Source: a virus
Taxonomy: Duplodnaviria > Caudoviricetes
Reading direction: 5' to 3' (one strand)
IMG/VR virus record: IMGVR_UViG_3300036786_000032
Span: 1-47,249 of that record
Length of the DNA: 47,249 nt
Both the position numbers and the translations under genes were made by a program. Positions 18,407 to 26,690 of the stretch are shown here, piece by piece. Numbering within the stretch: position 1 is the first letter of the stretch; each line of letters starts with the position of its first letter. The notes under the pieces were generated by a model. It ran no database searches and was not told where the DNA came from. It was given only the letters and a program-made list of their open reading frames with translations.

Positions 18407-21175
18407 TTATCTGATAACGGTCTGTCTTAGCTGCTGGTCGACGAGTGCCAGGACATGGTCGCTGTCCAAGCTCGTCAGGCTGGTCAGCTGCGGTTGGGAC
18501 CCCTGCTGGGACGGGTCGTCGCTGGACGGGTTCTGGGCCGCGTCCGCGCCTGAGCTCGTCTCTTCCATGTCCTCGTAGGCCTGGGACGGGGGCACCTCGA
18601 GGCCGTCCCTGATGTCGAGCGCGATCTGCCTGGTCTCAGACACGAGCTCGACGACCTTGTTCAGCAGGGTCTCGAACATCGAGCTGATGCCGCGCGTTAC
18701 CGGTCGATCGGTAAGCGACCTCAGGGTCAAGTGCGGGCCCTGGCCGAACCCGGGCTTGATCCGATGCGGGTAGCAGATCGTCTGCTCGTTTGGGTTGCCA
18801 CTGAACGGCCCGCCGACCCCACCGTGGGCGCAATACCCCCAGTTCTGACCGCGCAGTCCAGCGTTCCGTGGGTCGTAGGCCCTACCCGTGAGCTGTCCGG
18901 GCGACAGGCTGGCGTAGTCGCCCGGATAGTGCGCGATCGCGAGTCCGGCCAGGCCCGTCTGTCCGCCTTGTCCGCTGACAGTCTGCCCCTCGTAGTAGTT
19001 GACCGTCGGTCCGACGGGGTGGCTCGGGTCGACAGGGGGAGCTTGGCCGGTGGCGACGTGCGCGTACCCCACGGCCGTCAGCTGCTGGTGCACGGCAAGC
19101 GCCGACGCCGGGTCCGGCGAGCCGTCCTTGGGCGTGAGCCCGATCGACCCGTCAGGGCCGTGAGCCACGTCATGCGTGGCAGTGACGCCAGCGGCCTGCA
19201 GGGCCTGCTGGGCTGCCTGCTGCGGCAGGGCTGGCGCGTCCGCCTGGTGTGCCGCGGTCGCGTCGGTGCCCAGCGTGAGCGGGGCACGCGGGACGGAGGG
19301 CGCCTTGGGCACCCGTGGGACGCCGCCCATGCCCATGGTGACCGCGCCCGTGCTGCCGGTCTCACCCGCCGACGTCGCGACGGGGGCGGGGCTGTCCTGG
19401 GACGATACGTCGACCTTGGCCCCGCACGACTCGCACGTCGCCTCGCCTGGAGTCTTGCCGCCGTCCCCATCCCTGTCCCCGTCCCATGCCAGCCCGCCGC
19501 AGACCGGGCAGCGGAACCCGATGAACGGAAGGCCGTGCTCGGCGTCGACCGCATGACGATGCTTGCGCTTGTGGGACAGTGTCCTGACGATCGACTGCGC
19601 TCGTCGCCCCTGCTGGCCGTCATGGCCGAACCCCGGGTGCTTACGGACGGCGTGCGTCGCCCCGCACTCCAGGCACTTGGCTGTGGCCCCGTCATCCGAC
19701 TTGCGCGCACGCGCTCCACACTCGGGACACTCAACCGTGGGCTTCCCCTCGAACCCAGCCCCCGGGGTGACGAAGCCCGCCTTACGGACCACGTCGCGCC
19801 AGTCGGTTGACCTCATGGTCGACCTCATGGTCGCTTGCGGCTGTGCGTCGAACGTCCTCACGACCACCCCATGGTGGAACATCCGCGTGCCAGCCCCAGG
19901 CTCCAGCTCATGCTCGGTGTGTGCCTCGTGGCCCCGGTCTGGGCTCACGTACGCGTTCCGCTCGACAGTGCCACGGACCGCCTGGGTCGAATGGTCGTAC
20001 CCGGCTGCCAGGAGTGCTGCGTGGACGTTGCGGTATAGGTCGTGCACCTTGAGCGCGTTGGGGCCCTTGGGCTCGGTCGGGTAGTACCCCGGGGCCGGGA
20101 TGCCCCTCACCCCGGCGCGCGCCATCAGCTCGCGGGTGCGCTGGAACCGGTGCGGCGTCCCGCGGCCGGACAGCGGCTGCGTGAAGATCTCATCGAACTG
20201 CGGGTCGTTGCGGTTGGACTGGTCGAAGGACCTGGCGACCATCGCGGTCGCTCGCCGTCGAGTCACCGGCTCTGCCACGTCGTCGGGCACGAGCGAGTCG
20301 GGATAGAGCATCCGCCAGACGGCACGCACCTCCGCGTCGACGCGACTTGCCTCACCGTTCAACGAGCGCTTCGCGATCGAGCGGATCACCTGGACGTCCC
20401 CCGGATCGAGCAGGCCAAGCGACTTGGCACGCACCAGCTTCGCGCCGGCGTGGGCGTGTGCGGGTACGGCGACCGGGGACCACTCGATGAGCGAGTTGTC
20501 GCTGTAGACGAGCCCCTTCGGGCCCAGCCCGAGCTGTTTCCGTTCCGCGCGGTCCTTGACGTCGAGCACGGTCTTCGGCAGGAAGCCTACGCTGCCGGCG
20601 CGCATGAACCCCGCCTTGGACAGGCGAAAGATCCTGTCGGCGCGGTCGTTCATCTCCTTGGTGGCGAACAGCCCGTGAAGCTCGAGCGCGTCTCCCGTCC
20701 AGCCGTCCGGATCGCTCCGCGTCTTGACCCCCCAGTCGATCACCCCGCCGATGGGGAGCCCCTCCCAGGCGTGGTTCTCGAGCATCACCGGGTTTTTCTC
20801 GAAGTCTTTGAAGTCCCACCGCTGGTCGACCCGGTCCCCGTGCCTATCCTTCCGGTCGTCGCTCGCCCAGTACGGGATGACCCGGTCGTGGTGCCCCGCG
20901 GCCCACTCGAACCCGCGCTGTTTCGCGAGTGCCTCCATCTGAACCGACTGCATCGGTGACTCGTGTACCGCAGACGCCGAGCCAGTGCTCGACAGCCCCT
21001 GCTTGCAGACGAGAACCCCCGAGTCGAGCTCGCGGATCACCGTGCCAGACAGCCCCTTCTGTGCCTGCAGCGGGAACTCCTCCTGCCAGGCGCGATCGGC
21101 GGACAGGATCATCTCCGCGATGCGCCCCTCCTCGGTCACGGGCTCGGCAGACTTGATGACTGATAGGTCGATCAC
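18407..21175 (-). CDS. HK97-family prohead protease with long C-terminal accessory extension (zinc ribbons, NYYE-type domains)
   Basis: Start reassigned to GTG 21175 (GTGA overlap with the portal stop, GAGGGAG RBS). Motifs DRHGDRV, NPVMLENH..LPIG, GSVGF and LIEWSPVAVPA. Later CPECG..CLECG and CPVCG..CESCG. Confidence 0.88.
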   Translation of the reverse strand: MIDLSVIKSAEPVTEEGRIAEMILSADRAWQEEFPLQAQKGLSGTVIRELDSGVLVCKQGLSSTGSASAVHESPMQSVQMEALAKQRGFEWAAGHHDRVIPYWASDDRKDRHGDRVDQRWDFKDFEKNPVMLENHAWEGLPIGGVIDWGVKTRSDPDGWTGDALELHGLFATKEMNDRADRIFRLSKAGFMRAGSVGFLPKTVLDVKDRAERKQLGLGPKGLVYSDNSLIEWSPVAVPAHAHAGAKLVRAKSLGLLDPGDVQVIRSIAKRSLNGEASRVDAEVRAVWRMLYPDSLVPDDVAEPVTRRRATAMVARSFDQSNRNDPQFDEIFTQPLSGRGTPHRFQRTRELMARAGVRGIPAPGYYPTEPKGPNALKVHDLYRNVHAALLAAGYDHSTQAVRGTVERNAYVSPDRGHEAHTEHELEPGAGTRMFHHGVVVRTFDAQPQATMRSTMRSTDWRDVVRKAGFVTPGAGFEGKPTVECPECGARARKSDDGATAKCLECGATHAVRKHPGFGHDGQQGRRAQSIVRTLSHKRKHRHAVDAEHGLPFIGFRCPVCGGLAWDGDRDGDGGKTPGEATCESCGAKVDVSSQDSPAPVATSAGETGSTGAVTMGMGGVPRVPKAPSVPRAPLTLGTDATAAHQADAPALPQQAAQQALQAAGVTATHDVAHGPDGSIGLTPKDGSPDPASALAVHQQLTAVGYAHVATGQAPPVDPSHPVGPTVNYYEGQTVSGQGGQTGLAGLAIAHYPGDYASLSPGQLTGRAYDPRNAGLRGQNWGYCAHGGVGGPFSGNPNEQTICYPHRIKPGFGQGPHLTLRSLTDRPVTRGISSMFETLLNKVVELVSETRQIALDIRDGLEVPPSQAYEDMEETSSGADAAQNPSSDDPSQQGSQPQLTSLTSLDSDHVLALVDQQLRQTVIR

Positions 21176-23553
21176 GCGACTCCCTCGTGCATGCACCTGC
21201 AGCCGGTCACGTCCTCCGCCGGAGCCCTGAGGTCCCCGGGATACTCGAGCGTGGCAGTCGGGTCCAGGCCGTCGTCGTCCTCGAGCAATTCCAGCCAGTT
21301 GAACCCAGCCGGTCTCAGGCCTGCCTCGGCAAGCGCCCTGTGCCTCACGCACCCTGGGGCAGCCAGCCACAGTCGCTTGGACAGGCCATCACGGCAGAAG
21401 GAGGCCTCACGCGCCTCGCAGGCAGTGCCGACCGCCTCAGAGACCGCGAATCGGTCTGATACGGACCTGCCTGAGAGGGCTGCCCTGGCCGCTGCGACGT
21501 CGGTGATGCTTGCCGCAGCCGTCAGCGATCGCCAGGTGACCCTGCTCGCTGCCTTGCTGGCAGAGTCCGCGAGGTCATGCATCGCGGCTGCCCTGCGCTC
21601 GATCACCGCAGCCACGTCAGGGTCGTCAGGGTCAAGCCCGAGACGCCGGACGTGGGCCGCATACACGGCGATGGCTGCGGCACGAGCGTCGTCGGTCAGA
21701 CAGTGCCTAGCGACCACCCGCCTCCAGAGGCGCCTGTAGCTGTCGTGTGACGGAGCGATGAGCGACTGGTATAGCCGCTCCCAGGACGTGTGTGCTGTGT
21801 GCAGGCGGGATGCCTTATACCCATTGCCATTGTACCTGCGCCTTAGCCCGGTGTCAACCATGCCGAATGACCGCTCCTTTGAGCTGCCTTGGCCCTGGTC
21901 CTGGTCACCGTCCTCGGGCGTGCCGGACGGGTCCCGGTCGTCTGGGCTACCGTCCTGCCCATCCTGGGACGGCCCCTGGGGCTGCAACGGGTCGATCGGC
22001 TGTCCCGTCTGCGGGTCGATCGGGAGGCCGGTCGCCGGGTCTACGGGGGGACCTTGCGGGGCAGCTGGGCTGAGTGACATCGCTCCCTGGTCAGGGCGCG
22101 GCGGCCCGTCCATCGCGTCGTCGACCGTCGTCAGGCCGCTTGGGATGAAGCAGAGGTCGTCGCCATCGTATGAGGGAAGGCTCAGCCCCACGACTGCGGC
22201 AGCCACGGTAGGCGGCATGTGAAGCCCAGGCCCGACGCACCCGTTCATCGATGCGATCTTGTCGGATACCCCGACCTTAAGCGCATCCACGCGCGAGTTG
22301 TCGAACATGCCGACTACGCTGTCGTCTTCGGAGTAGAACAGCGTGGAATCCAGCACGCTCTCCTGCCCAGCCTGCCTGGGCAGGATGTTGTGATCCCAGA
22401 ACGCCCTCTTCTGCGACAGGTCTGTCGCGTAGTTTACCGTGTCGGTCACGCTCAGGATGGTCTTCGGCGTGTTCAGGCACGCGAGCACCTCGTCGCGACC
22501 CCACGACCGCTGCTCGATGAACTGCATGTCCTTCGGCGCGAGCCCGAGCTGCTGGTACCGCCAGCCTCCCGTCAGCAGGGCGATGCTCTTCTGCCGGTCG
22601 ACGCCCCCGCCGTGTCGCTGCGAGAACTTTATCCGGAATTCCTCCTCCTCGTCCTTGTTCTTGAACGGCTTGACGTTAGGCGCCCCGTCGTGGATGAGCA
22701 CACCGACCGGGGCCCCGCCTTGGTTGATCAGGTTGATGTTGTTGCGTGCGGCGGCCGCGTCCATGTAGATCTCGGACGCGGCGGCCGAGAGCGGGGACAG
22801 GCCGCGGATGGGATAGTCGGGATCCGGGTCATAAAAGTGCAACAGCTCGTCGAAGGCCACCGGGAAGGACCCCTGCCCTTGCATCCCGTGCGGCGACCCG
22901 ACCTGCCACCCGACCAGGGCGCCCCCGTCCACGATCTCATGCACGTAGTCGGGAGCCACAGGCCACGCGTTAGCCACTCGCCCGGACCCCCATGGGGTAG
23001 GCTCACCAGCCTCATCGAGGAGGAGCCAGAACGCCTCACCTCGGAGTACCTGCCAGATCACGGTCAGAAACCAGAGCTGGCGCCCGTCCATCAGCGCGTT
23101 GGGCCGCAGGAACACGCCGTTTAGCTCACTCTCGAGATCCGGCTCGAGGCCCTTCGGCACGATGCCGATCATCCTGACCGGGTGTGTCACATGCCTCTGG
23201 ATGGCCCTGCGGCGCGTCCCGGACGGGAACGTACCCTGCCAGAGCCCCTTCTGGACGAGGGACCTCTGCCGGAGGGCCTGCTGTCCCTCCGTCTCACGGT
23301 AGACGACGAACGGGCTCTGGGCCGCGTTCGTGGCAGTCGCCACGGCCGCCGCGTAGACCCAGGCGTTGTTGTTGAAGGGCTCCCGGGCCCTCTGGAACGA
23401 CGGAAGCCTGAGCCCGGCAATCGAGGTGGCGTAGGTCGTGTAGGCCCGCAGGACCGCCTCCCCGTCCGCGTCGGACCTGGGGGCCGGCAGCTCGACGGGG
23501 CGGCCGTCGGGCCCGAGGATGGTCTTAGAGACGACGAGGCTGTCGGTCGCCAT
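21172..23553 (-). CDS. Portal protein fused to a MuF-like C-terminal domain
   Basis: Start reassigned to ATG 23553. Portal motifs WVYAA, RPNALM, LRGEAFW, RGLSPL, LLTGGWRYQQLGLAPKDMQF. C-terminal LEYPGD..AP..V.GCRC is the MuF signature. Confidence 0.92.
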   Translation of the reverse strand: MATDSLVVSKTILGPDGRPVELPAPRSDADGEAVLRAYTTYATSIAGLRLPSFQRAREPFNNNAWVYAAAVATATNAAQSPFVVYRETEGQQALRQRSLVQKGLWQGTFPSGTRRRAIQRHVTHPVRMIGIVPKGLEPDLESELNGVFLRPNALMDGRQLWFLTVIWQVLRGEAFWLLLDEAGEPTPWGSGRVANAWPVAPDYVHEIVDGGALVGWQVGSPHGMQGQGSFPVAFDELLHFYDPDPDYPIRGLSPLSAAASEIYMDAAAARNNINLINQGGAPVGVLIHDGAPNVKPFKNKDEEEEFRIKFSQRHGGGVDRQKSIALLTGGWRYQQLGLAPKDMQFIEQRSWGRDEVLACLNTPKTILSVTDTVNYATDLSQKRAFWDHNILPRQAGQESVLDSTLFYSEDDSVVGMFDNSRVDALKVGVSDKIASMNGCVGPGLHMPPTVAAAVVGLSLPSYDGDDLCFIPSGLTTVDDAMDGPPRPDQGAMSLSPAAPQGPPVDPATGLPIDPQTGQPIDPLQPQGPSQDGQDGSPDDRDPSGTPEDGDQDQGQGSSKERSFGMVDTGLRRRYNGNGYKASRLHTAHTSWERLYQSLIAPSHDSYRRLWRRVVARHCLTDDARAAAIAVYAAHVRRLGLDPDDPDVAAVIERRAAAMHDLADSASKAASRVTWRSLTAAASITDVAAARAALSGRSVSDRFAVSEAVGTACEAREASFCRDGLSKRLWLAAPGCVRHRALAEAGLRPAGFNWLELLEDDDGLDPTATLEYPGDLRAPAEDVTGCRCMHEGVA

Positions 23554-23605
23554 CGGGCGTGCCGATCTGTGCGGCGAGACGTGGGCGGAGCGCAGGGTGC
23601 TTATG

Positions 23606-24244
23606 CTACAGCATGGACCGTATCGGGTTCTTGCGCGCGTTATACGCGTGTCCGTATAACACGTCACCCCTGAGGGGGTGGTGCTCTATGGCGATGCCGT
23701 GCTTACCGTTTTCATAGTAGTTCACATGCCACAGGTCGGCGCCCCCACTCGGGTCGCCGGTAGGGCTCACGGCCGGCAGGTGCGCCTCGTGACCGTACCC
23801 AGCCCTCAAGAGACTCGCATGAAGGTCGTCGACAAGGGCAGCGGCCCCTCCCTGTCCTGGCACGGATGACTCTGGCGCCTCAATCGAGAACGAGCTGCCG
23901 TACCCGTGTCCGTGGTACTCTGGGGTGAAGTGGTACGCGTCCCTCGTCAGTCCGACGTCGGACAGGAGAGCGTGTACGGTCTTGTCGGCAAGGTGCGGGG
24001 ACCTGCCTCGATGCTGGTAGACGGTCCGATCGTCGGGCTTCCTGGTGAGTAGGATCCTGGCAGACGTGACGCCACCGTCGGAGCTGACGGGACGCTCACG
24101 GTCGTACCCGTCTTCTGCCCAGTCCCGCTTGGGCCTCTTCCGAGAGCCCCTGTCAGGGTCGTCGATCAGCCTTACCTTGCCCTTCCCGCGAACGACCGAG
24201 TCATTCACGAAAGCCATCTTGACAGGGTCAAACCTTACGCCCAT
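23606..24244 (-). CDS. Hypothetical NYYE-domain protein with type I leader
   Basis: Start reassigned to ATG 24244 (MGVRFDP). Paralogous to 30608..31327 (shared VRGKGKVR..D.P..G.R..KR.W..P.SSDGG and NYYENG..GIA). Confidence 0.75.
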   Translation of the reverse strand: MGVRFDPVKMAFVNDSVVRGKGKVRLIDDPDRGSRKRPKRDWAEDGYDRERPVSSDGGVTSARILLTRKPDDRTVYQHRGRSPHLADKTVHALLSDVGLTRDAYHFTPEYHGHGYGSSFSIEAPESSVPGQGGAAALVDDLHASLLRAGYGHEAHLPAVSPTGDPSGGADLWHVNYYENGKHGIAIEHHPLRGDVLYGHAYNARKNPIRSML

Positions 24245-24257
24245 GAGTGATCCCACG

Positions 24258-24464
24258 TTACGAGCCAGTCGACTGACCGGTGATACCACTCGCGCCGAGC
24301 TGCCGCTGCCACTCGGCATTCTCGGCCGACGCGGAGTCGAGCAGCGCAAGGTGGCGCTTGACCTCCTCGGCTGGAACGACCGTCTGGCCGGCGGCAATGG
24401 CATCCTGGGCGGACTTGATCATATTGAGGCCCACCTGGATGGCGAGGCCGATAGCGACGTCCAT
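24258..24464 (-). CDS. Small hypothetical protein
   Basis: 68 aa, AGGAGA RBS upstream. Confidence 0.65.
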   Translation of the reverse strand: MDVAIGLAIQVGLNMIKSAQDAIAAGQTVVPAEEVKRHLALLDSASAENAEWQRQLGASGITGQSTGS

Positions 24465-24495
24465 GACTGTTCTCCTGACGGGTAAGGGCCGAACG

Positions 24496-25194
24496 CTAGA
24501 GCGGTACCTCGACGGGCCCGATCGGAGCCACGGCCGGCTGCGTGGCAGGCTGTGCGACAGGCGCCTTGGGCGCCGCGGCTGCCGTCTTAGGCGCCAGCTT
24601 GGCCGCGATGAGCTTGGCGATCTCGGACGCGAACTTCCCCGCGGCGTCCTCGAACGCCTGCGTATCCTGCGTGGGACTCGTCTGCGCCTGAGCCGACATC
24701 GCGGTCACGGCTGCCCAGGCGGCTGCCCGGGCCGGCTCGACGACGTTGACGGCAGTGTCGTGCGACAGCTCTCCCGACGCGAGCAGCTGGTTCAGCTCGT
24801 GGACCGTGGACGTGTAGACGGACAGAGCCTGGTCTGCCCTGTCGGCCGGCGTCTGGCCGACGACTGACTGTCCGGGCTGGATGCCGAGCGCAGACTGCAG
24901 TGTGGAACAGCCAGGCGTCCCCGCCAGGAGCGCTGGCAGGATCAGCAGCGGGAGCAGTACCGGGAGCTTCGACGAGTCGGTGGTCACCTGCTGAGTCGCG
25001 CTAGCCCGGAACGTGATGACGCCGGCGCTACCGAGCACGGTGATGACCACGTCGACCACGTCCATCACGTGCTTGACGTTCGCGTCGCTGGTGAACCACT
25101 TGACGCCGATCGTCCCGAGCAGGCTGACGCCCATGGCGATAGCCGTGAGGATGGTCTTGCTCGACCAGGGAGACTTGAATCCGGTCATTGACAT
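24496..25194 (-). CDS. Membrane protein: holin-like N-terminus plus internal lipobox-like segment
   Basis: KSPWSSKTIL followed by two hydrophobic helices, then LPVLLPLLILPALLAGTPGC. Start placed at ATG 25194 (GGAG upstream). Confidence 0.5.
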   Translation of the reverse strand: MSMTGFKSPWSSKTILTAIAMGVSLLGTIGVKWFTSDANVKHVMDVVDVVITVLGSAGVITFRASATQQVTTDSSKLPVLLPLLILPALLAGTPGCSTLQSALGIQPGQSVVGQTPADRADQALSVYTSTVHELNQLLASGELSHDTAVNVVEPARAAAWAAVTAMSAQAQTSPTQDTQAFEDAAGKFASEIAKLIAAKLAPKTAAAAPKAPVAQPATQPAVAPIGPVEVPL

Positions 25195-25205
25195 GCGAGA
25201 CTCCG

Positions 25206-25367
25206 TCAGTACCACACGATGACTCGGGTGAGCAGCAGGATGACGAGCACGATGAGCAGGATCAGCCCGAACCCGCCTACGGGATAGCCGTAGCCCCAGC
25301 CGCGATAGCCGCCGCCGAAGCCGCCGAACAGGAGGACGAGCACGAGTACGAGCAGGATGATTCCCAT
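25206..25367 (-). CDS. DUF3309-like small membrane protein
   Basis: MGIILLVLVLVLLFGG..GWGY..GGFGLILLIVLVILLL matches the DUF3309 pattern. GGAG RBS upstream of ATG 25367. Confidence 0.7.
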   Translation of the reverse strand: MGIILLVLVLVLLFGGFGGGYRGWGYGYPVGGFGLILLIVLVILLLTRVIVWY

Positions 25368-25984
25368 TGGAGCTCCGTGTGCGGGCGACGCAAGGTCTTC
25401 CCAGAAAGAATCATAACAGGCATGATGCCCTGTGTCAACCACTCGGCTTTGACGCGTGCCACCCTGTACGTCCGTCCAGCAGACATCACGACCTCGTTGC
25501 TCGGGACCCCGAGCGGCGCCGTCTGCACCCCTGGGACGCCATGTGGGTTCTGCACACGAACGATCACCGGAAACTGGCCCTCATTGGCTACGTTGTCAGC
25601 GTACTCGTGCGCGACCGTCGGGTCTGGCGAGGCTGAGGTCAGCCTGTCGTGTGTGACCCTGACGCCGTGCTTGTACCGCGCCAGTGCCTGCTCGCGGCTG
25701 TCGTATGACTCACCGCGATACAGCGTAGGCTGCTTGACTGCGTTGGACTCCGCAGCCCGCTGGATGCGGTGTCCGATGCCCGCGAGCCTGTCGATCTCGG
25801 CCTGGGTAAGCGGATGCCCATCGCTGTCGACGTCTCCGGGCTTGGACCTCCCGTGCATCGCGTCAAGCACGTCGTCGGATCCGTGTGCCCAGTCCATCCA
25901 CTCGTCGTCGGTCACGGCGTGGTGCGTCACATGGTCCGGGTCAAACCCGCGCATCGCGATGAAGTAGTCATAAAGCTCTACCAT
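25277..25984 (-). CDS. ADP-ribosyltransferase-like protein (R-S-E class), type II leader
   Basis: TLYRGE, LTSAS.DP.VA and SNEVVM..GRTYRV motifs. The C-terminal tail overlaps the DUF3309-like gene. Confidence 0.72.
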   Translation of the reverse strand: MVELYDYFIAMRGFDPDHVTHHAVTDDEWMDWAHGSDDVLDAMHGRSKPGDVDSDGHPLTQAEIDRLAGIGHRIQRAAESNAVKQPTLYRGESYDSREQALARYKHGVRVTHDRLTSASPDPTVAHEYADNVANEGQFPVIVRVQNPHGVPGVQTAPLGVPSNEVVMSAGRTYRVARVKAEWLTQGIMPVMILSGKTLRRPHTELQWESSCSYSCSSSCSAASAAAIAAGATAIP

Positions 25985-26000
25985 CCTACTGCTCCAGGCC
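25941..26000. repeat. Imperfect 60-bp direct repeat, copy 1 (copy 2 at 26646..26705)
   Basis: Ungapped manual alignment gives 48/60 identities. It covers the first ~15 codons of each ART gene plus 16 nt upstream (the terminase 3' end in copy 2). Confidence 0.75.
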
Positions 26001-26044
26001 TGAGCGTCTCAACAGCGAGTAGAGTGCCCGAGTCAACCGACCGT

Positions 26045-26689
26045 TCACAGCAGCGAATCTCCCGGCTTGTGCGAGTGTCGCAGCTCTACCCGCAGGTTTC
26101 CCTCGCCGTCTTTCTCGACCCGGTTTACCCTCACCGACGACCCCTTGGGTAGGACGACCTCGCCTTCGTGCGGCAGATCGTCGGGCGGGAGAACCCCGCG
26201 CAGGTCTCTCAGCTTCCTGTGCCCCTGAGGTAATCGTAGGACTATCCCGGGTAGGGGTCGATCATGCCTGTGGTCCCACAGCGAGAACTCCTTAGCTTCC
26301 GACTCGTCGTCAGACCAGGAGGAGTGTGATCTCGTGGTGAGGACCTGACCCGGTGTGGACAGCACGGAGTACAGTGGATGGACCGCGCGGATGACCAAGC
26401 CTCTGAATGCCGGACCGCGATAGGGCGGGGCCATGTCGATCGCGGACTCAAGTAGTCTGACCTTTTTAGAGATCTTGCCCTTAGCCTGAGCGTTTTTGAT
26501 GCGCGCCGCATCGCGGTAGTGAAACCATGCGTTAACAACCTTTGCCATCTCGCTTCCCTCAGGGTGATCCGCGAGTGCCTTCATCCATGCTAGGTGTTCA
26601 TCGGTTGGGACCCCGTGAACGGGGAGCAGGGGCCGCTGTCCCTCGTCGAACCCCCGCATCGCCACGAAGTAGTCGTACAGCTCCGCCAT
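26045..26689 (-). CDS. ADP-ribosyltransferase (VIP2/Alt-like R-S-E class), type II leader
   Basis: PAFRGL, HSSWS and HEGEVVLPKG motifs. Confidence 0.82.
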   Translation of the reverse strand: MAELYDYFVAMRGFDEGQRPLLPVHGVPTDEHLAWMKALADHPEGSEMAKVVNAWFHYRDAARIKNAQAKGKISKKVRLLESAIDMAPPYRGPAFRGLVIRAVHPLYSVLSTPGQVLTTRSHSSWSDDESEAKEFSLWDHRHDRPLPGIVLRLPQGHRKLRDLRGVLPPDDLPHEGEVVLPKGSSVRVNRVEKDGEGNLRVELRHSHKPGDSLL

Positions 26690-26690
26690 A

